A stretch of 16,344 nucleotides of DNA from an uncultured Muribaculaceae bacterium (GTDB taxonomy: Bacteria; Pseudomonadota; Alphaproteobacteria; Rs-D84), in the NCBI GenBank assembly GCA_964371145.1, contig CAYJKO010000005.1, positions 36,909 through 53,252 on the forward strand, given 5' to 3'. Each line of letters begins with the position of its first letter. Position 1 is the stretch's first letter. The notes beneath the pieces were generated by a model. That model was not told the DNA's origin, did no database searches, and was given only the letters and a program-made list of their open reading frames with translations. Below, piece by piece: positions 9,519 through 15,759 of this stretch. The position numbers and the translations under genes are program-made.

Positions 9519-9546
9519 AATATAAAGTAAAAATAATCAAGTGCAA
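9519..9546 (-). promoter_or_regulatory. Candidate parAB promoter
   Basis: Minus strand reads TTGCAC (9546->9541), a 16-nt spacer, then TATATT (9524->9519). An A/T-tract-rich segment lies upstream (9547-9590). Confidence 0.35.
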
Positions 9547-9591
9547 TAAAAACAAAAATAAAAAATACAGTAAAAACAAAATGTTATAAAC

Positions 9592-9607
9592 TGTTTCACG
9601 TGAAATT
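9592..9607. promoter_or_regulatory. parS centromere-like ParB binding site
   Basis: TGTTTCACGTGAAATT matches the canonical parS TGTTTCACGTGAAACA at 14 of 16 positions. The 12-bp core TTTCACGTGAAA is a perfect palindrome. It overlaps the rsmG stop codon (9606-9608), just upstream of parA. Confidence 0.8.
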
Positions 9608-10166
9608 ATTTAATGTTCCACACGGAAATAATGAATCCGTCGCCTGTTTTTGATGGTGTTAATTCAAAATCAAAGCTGTATTTTTCTTTTGCGACCGCGA
9701 TTTCAGATTCTATTTCCCGGCCTTTTAATAAAAACAGCCGGCATTTTGTGTGTGCTGTGTAATCTAAAATTTTAAGTAACGACGCAAAGGCGCGTGCAGT
9801 AAATATAGTTTCAGGTTTTGTCTGTTTGAAATTTTTTAAATATTGTTCAACGCGACCGTTATAAATAGTCAGGTTGTCCAAATTTAATTCTTCTTTTAAT
9901 GCGTTTAAAAAACTGGTTTTTTTGGTAATTGATTCTGTCGCGACAACATTCCATCCCAGAATAGCCAAAACAACAGATGGAAATCCCGCCCCACTTCCTA
10001 AATCAATTATGTTCGCGTTTTGTGGTAATATGTCTGCCAATTGAATACAGTCGTCAAAATGACGTGTTTGGATGTCTGTCAGAGTGCTGGGCGCGACCAG
10101 GTTCATTTTGGTTTGCCATTCTTTTAACAGTGTTTCGTATTTATTAAAAATTTCTTTATTATTCAT
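9606..10166 (-). CDS. rsmG: 16S rRNA (guanine527-N7)-methyltransferase RsmG/GidB (186 aa)
   Basis: SAM-binding motif IIDLGSGAGFPSVVLAI, family-typical length, and the classic position upstream of parAB. Confidence 0.9.
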   Translation of the reverse strand: MNNKEIFNKYETLLKEWQTKMNLVAPSTLTDIQTRHFDDCIQLADILPQNANIIDLGSGAGFPSVVLAILGWNVVATESITKKTSFLNALKEELNLDNLTIYNGRVEQYLKNFKQTKPETIFTARAFASLLKILDYTAHTKCRLFLLKGREIESEIAVAKEKYSFDFELTPSKTGDGFIISVWNIK

Positions 10167-10173
10167 GTTAAAT

Positions 10174-10188
10174 ATTGTATCATATAAT
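10174..10188. promoter_or_regulatory. Overlapping divergent -10 elements in the 26-bp rsmG/TPR-gene spacer
   Basis: Minus strand: TGaTACAAT (hexamer 10179->10174), 7 nt from the rsmG ATG (10166). Plus strand: TATAAT (10183-10188), 4 nt from ATG 10193. Neither gene has an SD. Confidence 0.35.
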
Positions 10189-10192
10189 AGCT

Positions 10193-11800
10193 ATGAATAA
10201 AACAAAAACTTTGATCTTCGCAAGCCTTTCATCTGTCCTGATTTTGGGCGGTGTTATTGCAGCCTTGCGATATAATGACGATGTGAAAACTGCCGATGTT
10301 GAAATTCCTGCGAATAAATACGGGGCTTATTTGGCAGCACACCATGCGATTTATACTAATGATTTTAAAAATGCAGATAAATATACAAAACAATTGCAAG
10401 ATACAGAATTAGAGACGGTTTCTAATTTGATTGTGTTGTCCGAATTTTTAAACGGCAAAATGCCAGAAAATGCCGGTGATTTAAAAGATTCTAAAAATAT
10501 GACTGAAAAATTTGTGTTTGATGCTTATCTGGCAAAAAACAACAAATGGAAAGAATTGTACAATCGTCATAAAAATGATAAATCGGCTTTGATTTCGCCT
10601 TTGCGTATATGGTCTGGGGTGTCGATTAATTACATAACAAAGACTTTGAATTTTATTGATACATTAAATACAAACGAATCTTGGAAAGATTTTATTCGTG
10701 GGCAAATTTATGCAGAATTAAATCGTTCTGAAAAAGCGGCGGGTTTCTTTGCAAAAGTCGATATTAATTTTTTAAATATAAATGATTATCTGTATTTGCA
10801 ATCTTTTTACAATCATTTTGATATGGCGAAAAAGGGCGATGAATTAAAAAAAGAATTCATAGATAAAACCAGCGCGCTGTATTTATTGGATCTGAATTAT
10901 GTGCCAAATTGGGACGAATATTCGGGAAAACAAAATGCAATGGCATTCAGTTTGATACAGAATATATCACATACACAAATTATGATGCATTCGGATTTGT
11001 CTTTATTGATGTTACGTTTCGCACAAGTTTTACAATCGGATGAAAACAGCGATGCTGTTAAATATTACATAGGTCAATATTTCTATAATAATGGCGGGGA
11101 TTTCGACTCGTATTTAAATGGTATTAATCCGAATTCTCCTTTTTATCCGTTTGCACAGATTAAAATAGCAGAAAAAAACGACAATATTTCTGATTATAAA
11201 AAGATTTTAAAATCAAACGATTTGTTTATGCCGGCAATTGAAAAAATATCCGCGAAATACACAGTTGTTGGGGACAAAAACAGTGCATTGGATGTTTTGG
11301 ATGATGCATTAAGTCATCCGAAATTAACAGAAGCAGGGCGTCAGCATTTATACAGATTGCGTTCGGATGTAAATATCGCGTTCAAAGAATATGATGATGC
11401 GCAATCGGATATAGATTCTGCAAGCGAGGTTTTGGGATTAAACCCAGATTTATTATCAAATCAAATAAAGGTTTGGGCGGCGAACCACGAAAACATAAAA
11501 GAAGCATACAGTCATGCGATTATGTTGATATCTAAAAATCCATTACAAACGCGATTTTGGAATTCTTTGGGACGTGTTGTTTGGGTGAACGAAGGGGCGA
11601 CCGAGGCTTTGGATATTATAAAATCTGTGACGGATGCGACCGGTAAAGATTCTGATTTGTTTGAAACGTTGGGTGATATATATAAAGAGCAGGGCGAAAA
11701 TGAAAAGGCCGCCGCCGCATATATGCGTGCCATAGAATTATCAGACGATGGACGTACAGTTTTGCCGGAATTGAAAAAGAAATTAAGGAAAGTTAAATGA
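10193..11800 (+). CDS. Membrane-anchored tetratricopeptide-repeat protein of unknown function (535 aa from ATG 10193)
   Basis: N-terminal hydrophobic anchor or signal LIFASLSSVLILGGVIAAL. TPR-like helices include WKDFIRGQIYAELNRSEKAAGFFAKV and a C-terminal FETLGDIYKEQGENEKAAAAYMRAIEL. I recognise no catalytic motif. The track start at 10175 is TTG. Confidence 0.7.
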   Translation: MNKTKTLIFASLSSVLILGGVIAALRYNDDVKTADVEIPANKYGAYLAAHHAIYTNDFKNADKYTKQLQDTELETVSNLIVLSEFLNGKMPENAGDLKDSKNMTEKFVFDAYLAKNNKWKELYNRHKNDKSALISPLRIWSGVSINYITKTLNFIDTLNTNESWKDFIRGQIYAELNRSEKAAGFFAKVDINFLNINDYLYLQSFYNHFDMAKKGDELKKEFIDKTSALYLLDLNYVPNWDEYSGKQNAMAFSLIQNISHTQIMMHSDLSLLMLRFAQVLQSDENSDAVKYYIGQYFYNNGGDFDSYLNGINPNSPFYPFAQIKIAEKNDNISDYKKILKSNDLFMPAIEKISAKYTVVGDKNSALDVLDDALSHPKLTEAGRQHLYRLRSDVNIAFKEYDDAQSDIDSASEVLGLNPDLLSNQIKVWAANHENIKEAYSHAIMLISKNPLQTRFWNSLGRVVWVNEGATEALDIIKSVTDATGKDSDLFETLGDIYKEQGENEKAAAAYMRAIELSDDGRTVLPELKKKLRKVK

Positions 11801-12657
11801 AAATAGGAATATTGGGGGCAGGTGCCTGGGGAACGGCTTTGGCTTTGACCGTGTCGTATTCTGGATGTGACGTTGTTTTGTGGTCTTATGATGGCGAAAC
11901 AAAAGATTTTGGAATTGATTTGGGCGATAATATAACCGTTACAAAAGAATTAAAAGATATGGCTCATATGGATGCTTGGTTAATCGTAACGCCCAGTGCA
12001 TTTTTCAGAGAATTATTGCGAAACAGCCGGGATTTTTATAAAAATCAACCAATTATAATATGTACAAAAGGTATAGAAAAAGAAACTTATAATTTAATGT
12101 CCGAAGTTTTAACACAAGAATTGCCAGAATGTAAAAATTACGGTGTGTTATCCGGTCCACAATTCGCAGCCGAAGTCGCAAACAAAATGCCGACCGGTTC
12201 AACTTTGGCGGGGAACGCCGTTATACAAGAATTGGGTAAACAGGTGTTTAAACATTTGTATATCGAAGAATCTGATGACATAGTCGGTGTTGAAATATGT
12301 GGTTTTGGAAAAAATGCCGTTGCGATAATTTCTGGTTATTTGTCTGAAACAGTCCGTGGGGAAAATGAACGCGCAATGTTATTCACCAAATGTTGGTGCG
12401 AAGTAATGGAATATGGCGTTAAAAAAGGCGCGCGCAGCGATACTTTCCTTCGTTTGTGTGGGTTGGGTGATTTATTCTTGTCTGCGACATCTGTAACAAG
12501 CCGAAATTATTCTGCCGGTGTTGCTATTGCAAAAAACCAAGAATTATGTGGCACGGTCGAAGGAATTTATGCTTTGCGTGGATTAATTCATTTGGCTGGC
12601 GATGCCGAAATAAATTTGCCGACATGTTCATTATTTAAATCAAAAATGAAAATATAA
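11797..12657 (+). CDS. gpsA: NAD(P)H-dependent glycerol-3-phosphate dehydrogenase (286 aa, short form)
   Basis: Rossmann N-terminus MKIGILGAGAWGTALA, GPQFAAEVA, GKNAVAIISG, GLGDLFLSATSVTSRNYSAG. The ATG overlaps the TPR-gene stop (ATGA). Confidence 0.85.
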   Translation: MKIGILGAGAWGTALALTVSYSGCDVVLWSYDGETKDFGIDLGDNITVTKELKDMAHMDAWLIVTPSAFFRELLRNSRDFYKNQPIIICTKGIEKETYNLMSEVLTQELPECKNYGVLSGPQFAAEVANKMPTGSTLAGNAVIQELGKQVFKHLYIEESDDIVGVEICGFGKNAVAIISGYLSETVRGENERAMLFTKCWCEVMEYGVKKGARSDTFLRLCGLGDLFLSATSVTSRNYSAGVAIAKNQELCGTVEGIYALRGLIHLAGDAEINLPTCSLFKSKMKI

Positions 12658-12660
12658 AAA

Positions 12661-12677
12661 ACCGGCAATTTGCCGGT
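12661..12677. terminator. Bidirectional intrinsic terminator between convergent gpsA and sspB
   Basis: ACCGGCA-att-TGCCGGT stem flanked by AAAAA (12656-12660) and CTTTTT (12678-12683). It sits between the gpsA stop (12655-12657) and the sspB stop (12682-12684). Confidence 0.8.
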
Positions 12678-12681
12678 CTTT

Positions 12682-13149
12682 TTATGTGTTTGTTAATTTT
12701 TTCTTTCTGAAATCATCCAGACTGATAACACGTTTTTCGTCCGGAACGACTTTGTCATCCAGTGGCAATTCCATGTCATTGTCTGCGGCAACGGATGTTT
12801 GTTTTGGTTGGAATGATAACATAAAATCAACGTTCGGATCTTTGAATTCAACCATAGCCGCAAATGGTACGCGTATAAAGAAAGGACGACCGTCAAATGT
12901 TAATTGTACACCGAATTCTTTGTCGGACACATTCAAATTATTAAAAGAATGTTGCAAAACGATTGTCATAATGTCCGGATATCTCATTTTTAAAAAATCC
13001 GGTAACACGACGCCAGGATGTCTGGTTTTAAAAGCAATATAAAAATGCGTTCCGTCACCCAATCCATTTATTTGAGCAAATACCAATGCTTCGCGTACAA
13101 TTGATTTCAACGCGTTATCTAATAAAGTTTGATAGTCTATTTTTTTCAT
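12682..13149 (-). CDS. sspB: ClpXP adaptor SspB, alphaproteobacterial type (155 aa)
   Basis: THFYIAFKTRHPGVVLPDFLKMRYPDIMTIVLQHSF..L.V....F.V.L.F.GRP..I.VPFAAMVEFKDPNV matches the SspB-family core. An acidic linker and a C-terminal ClpX-binding-type tail VISLDDFRKKK are present. Confidence 0.8.
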   Translation of the reverse strand: MKKIDYQTLLDNALKSIVREALVFAQINGLGDGTHFYIAFKTRHPGVVLPDFLKMRYPDIMTIVLQHSFNNLNVSDKEFGVQLTFDGRPFFIRVPFAAMVEFKDPNVDFMLSFQPKQTSVAADNDMELPLDDKVVPDEKRVISLDDFRKKKLTNT

Positions 13150-13169
13150 GTTTTACCCCAAGATTTATT

Positions 13170-14240
13170 TTATTCGATTATAGAATTTATTGTCCCGTCA
13201 ACGCAAGAAACAAATGCGACATTTTCAATGCCCAAAAAAGCGGATTTATCAATTCCTGTTGCCCATACTTGGGCATCAGCCGCAGCCAATTCTGAAAATA
13301 CGTGCATCCGTGCATTTAAATCCAGATGAGCAATTGCTTCGTCCAGCAATACAACCGGTGTTTTTCCGGTTTTAACTTTGATTAATTTGCAATGTGCCAA
13401 AATTAAATCTATTAAAACAGATTTCTGTTGGCCTGTGCTGGTCAATTTTACCGGTAAATTTAATGTTTTATTAAATAATCCAAAATCAGATTTATGTGCG
13501 CCATCACATATCATTTTATCGCCGATTAATGTACGGTTTTGCGATAAATATTCCAAATATTCTTTTTCGGCCGTTGCGGCAGATTTATTCATTAATAATT
13601 TTTCAACCATACCATCAACGGATACCGCGCATGTTTTCAAAAAATAATTAATTTCACCGGCATATGTTAAACGTGCCGCCGCAATTGCTATGGCGGTTGA
13701 TGATATTTGTGTTTCATATACAGATATTAAATTATTGTCCGCGTTATTTTTCAAAGCGAACGCACGTTCGGATAACAGTTTTGAAAGTCTTGATACGCGA
13801 CCAGAATGGGCGGCGTCGAAATTTGCGACCAATCTGTCAAAAAATGCGCGTCTGTCGGATACAGAATCTATGAACAATCGGTCTTCTTTCGGGGTTAACC
13901 ATACAATTCGCAATAAATTTCCCAAAGATGATAGGGGCGCGTTGTCGCCATCTATTTTTGCGCGGCGATTTGTATCGTCTTTGGCATATGACACAGATAC
14001 GGCGGTATCATCAGATAATTCTGAAAACACAGAAAATCCAATATTTGAATCGAATCTGACGATGTCGGACATAGGGCAGCTGCGCATACCTTTGTCGCCG
14101 CCCAATAATGATACGGCTTCTAATATAGCGGTTTTACCAGATCCGTTTAATCCGGTAATAATTACATTTTTTGCGCCAGATAAAATTATCTTTGAATTTT
14201 TGTGATTTCTGAAATCGGTAAGAGTTATTTTTTCTATCAT
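13170..14240 (-). CDS. recF: DNA replication and repair protein RecF (356 aa from ATG 14240)
   Basis: MIEKITLTDFRNHKN start, Walker A GLNGSGKTAILEA, SMC-like signature LTSTGQQKSVLIDLILA, Walker B PVVLLDE. The 23 extra codons in the track ORF run into the tRNA gene. Confidence 0.9.
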   Translation of the reverse strand: MIEKITLTDFRNHKNSKIILSGAKNVIITGLNGSGKTAILEAVSLLGGDKGMRSCPMSDIVRFDSNIGFSVFSELSDDTAVSVSYAKDDTNRRAKIDGDNAPLSSLGNLLRIVWLTPKEDRLFIDSVSDRRAFFDRLVANFDAAHSGRVSRLSKLLSERAFALKNNADNNLISVYETQISSTAIAIAAARLTYAGEINYFLKTCAVSVDGMVEKLLMNKSAATAEKEYLEYLSQNRTLIGDKMICDGAHKSDFGLFNKTLNLPVKLTSTGQQKSVLIDLILAHCKLIKVKTGKTPVVLLDEAIAHLDLNARMHVFSELAAADAQVWATGIDKSAFLGIENVAFVSCVDGTINSIIE

Positions 14241-14249
14241 AATAAAAGA

Positions 14250-14323
14250 TGGAGGCCTGGGTCGGAATCGAACCGGCATCCAAGGATTTGCAGTCCTCTG
14301 CATAACCACTCTGCCACCAGGCC
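14250..14323 (-). tRNA. tRNA-Cys (anticodon GCA), 74 nt with encoded CCA
   Basis: The reverse complement folds as a cloverleaf. Acceptor GGCCTGG/CCAGGCC; D arm GCA..TGC with loop AGTGGTTA; anticodon stem GAGGA/TCCTT with loop CTGCAAA; T arm GCCGG-TTCGATT-CCGAC (one C:A mismatch). Discriminator U73 is the CysRS identity element. 3' CCA is encoded. Confidence 0.9.
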
Positions 14324-14331
14324 ATCTGATT

Positions 14332-14363
14332 ATTATATTATGCGATTTTTAAAAGTATTTCAA
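14332..14363 (-). promoter_or_regulatory. Predicted promoter for tRNA-Cys (and probably recF-sspB)
   Basis: Minus strand reads TTGAAA (14363->14358), a 17-nt spacer, then TAATAT (14340->14335). An overlapping perfect TATAAT lies at 14337->14332. The mature tRNA 5' end follows 8-11 nt downstream. Confidence 0.5.
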
Positions 14364-14372
14364 TAAAAAAAT

Positions 14373-14402
14373 TTAGAGAATCAGACTTTTTTATGATATA
14401 AT
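14373..14402 (+). promoter_or_regulatory. Predicted extended -10 promoter for the tolC-family operon
   Basis: TGaTATAAT (TG 14394-14395; hexamer 14397-14402) with a weak -35 TTAGAG (14373-14378). It lies about 25 nt upstream of ATG 14428. Confidence 0.5.
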
Positions 14403-14416
14403 GTTTGCATAAAAAA

Positions 14417-14426
14417 GAGAGAGAGA
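14417..14426 (+). repeat. (GA)5 dinucleotide run forming the purine-rich ribosome-binding region of the tolC-family gene
   Basis: gagagagaga lies directly upstream of aATG (14428). Confidence 0.9.
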
Positions 14427-14427
14427 A

Positions 14428-15759
14428 ATGAAGATACCTTTTATAATGGCGGCGGCCTTGTTGCCGGTTATGGCAAATGCAAACGATGCCGATTGTTTTT
14501 CCAGAAAAACGGTGCCTGCCGGGGAATTGTCTTTGACAGAAATTATAAATTTGGGATTGTGTCGCAATCCTCAAACATCTGCTGCGTATATGGCGTCCGA
14601 ATCGGCGCGTTTTAATAAGAACGCAGGATATTCGGATTATTTGCCATCTATATCTGCATCTGCCAGTGCGGGAAAAAATTACCAAAATAATGATTGGGAA
14701 TCATGGAATTATGGCGCGTCTATTTCTGCGTCTTATTTAATTTTTGATTTTGGAAAAAGATTATCAGATTTAAATCAGCTTTCTTCTGTTTGGGCGGCGA
14801 CCGGTTTTGATTATGATGAATCTGTTCAAAATTATGTTTATGGAATAATTGGCGATTATTATTCTTTGTTGACCGCGAACGCAAATATCAAAAGTGCACA
14901 AAGCTTGCAAAAGGTTGCAAAGACCGCACGTGATACTGCGAATAAAAAATATAAAGCAGGCGTTGTTGCAAAGGCGGACTTGTTAAATGCGGAAACAACA
15001 TTGGCTTCTCGTGAATTAGCGTTGGAACGCGCAAAAAATAACGTGCAATTGGCCCAGGGTCAATTATTGGCGGCTTTGTCTTTTTCGGCAGAGCAAACAA
15101 TTGAAATAAAAGATATGCCTTCGAACTTTGGAAAAGAAGACGAAAATAAAAGCATCCAAGAATTATTGGATCAGGCTGAAAAAAACAGACCCGATTTATT
15201 AAGTGCGGCCGCCGATACGGACGCCGCATGGCACAGACGTAACAGCACGTTTTTAAGCAATTTGCCGACCATATCTGCAACGGGTTCTTTGTCTTGGAAT
15301 AAAACCGAAGGTGTCACATTGTTACCAGGTCAAGACGATATGTCTGGTTCAATCGGATTACGTGCATCTATGCCGATATTTGCAGGTTTTTCAAATTATT
15401 ATTCCATCCGCGCGGCTGATGCTAATTATGACGCTGCGAAAATGCGCGAACAATATGCGAATGACAATGCAAAGTTGGATGTGTTTTCTGCTTTTCAAAA
15501 TTACAAGACGGCGCAAAATGTTTTAAAACAAACAAAAACTTTGTTGGAATCTGCCGCAGAAAGCGAAAGAGTGACCGCCGGTATGTACAATGTCGGTAAA
15601 ACAACTATGCTTGCTTGGCAACAAGCCCAAGCAGATTTGGCGGATGCCGAACTACAAAACAACAGTGCAAAATATGATTTATTTATAAAAAGAGCAGCAT
15701 TAGCATTGGCAATAGGCAGCATCCAATCAGAATTAGGAGACATAACAGATGAAAAATAA
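14428..15759 (+). CDS. tolC: TolC-family outer membrane efflux protein (443 aa)
   Basis: Signal peptide MKIPFIMAAALLPVMANA. Two-repeat OEP architecture with typical segments LSLTEIINLGLCRNPQ, YLPSISASASAG and NRPDLLSAAADTDAA. It is followed by a MacA-like adaptor gene. Confidence 0.85.
   Translation: MKIPFIMAAALLPVMANANDADCFSRKTVPAGELSLTEIINLGLCRNPQTSAAYMASESARFNKNAGYSDYLPSISASASAGKNYQNNDWESWNYGASISASYLIFDFGKRLSDLNQLSSVWAATGFDYDESVQNYVYGIIGDYYSLLTANANIKSAQSLQKVAKTARDTANKKYKAGVVAKADLLNAETTLASRELALERAKNNVQLAQGQLLAALSFSAEQTIEIKDMPSNFGKEDENKSIQELLDQAEKNRPDLLSAAADTDAAWHRRNSTFLSNLPTISATGSLSWNKTEGVTLLPGQDDMSGSIGLRASMPIFAGFSNYYSIRAADANYDAAKMREQYANDNAKLDVFSAFQNYKTAQNVLKQTKTLLESAAESERVTAGMYNVGKTTMLAWQQAQADLADAELQNNSAKYDLFIKRAALALAIGSIQSELGDITDEK

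Noticed and set aside
9614-9622. DnaA-box-like 9-mers (TGTTCCACA at 9614-9622; ATTTCCACA at 4025-4033), raising the idea of an oriC near parAB
   Set aside because: Each has two mismatches to TTATCCACA. They are single, unclustered and intragenic, and no intergenic region here is large enough to be an origin.
13353-13371. Hairpin AACCGG-tgttttt-CCGGTT followed by T-rich sequence on the plus strand, resembling a terminator
   Set aside because: It lies inside recF, antisense to the region encoding KTGKTPVVLLDE (Walker B). No plus-strand gene ends there, so the sequence is explained by coding constraint.
13690-14205. 171-aa plus-strand ORF antisense to recF, with similar shadow ORFs at 142-531, 818-1228, 1529-1849, 2777-3112, 3302-3715, 4322-4573, 5090-5491, 7863-8207, 8853-9092, 12686-13042, 14338-14685, 14888-15280 and 15501-15818
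   Set aside because: All lie entirely inside confidently identified genes on the opposite strand or in another frame. They have low-complexity or Cys/Arg-rich compositions typical of antisense frames, and they lack SD sequences and promoters.
14241-14309. N-terminal 23-codon extension of the recF track ORF (MVMQRTANPWMPVRFRPRPPSFI)
   Set aside because: It is the antisense reading of the tRNA-Cys gene. RecF homologs start at MIEKITL..FRN, which corresponds to ATG 14240.
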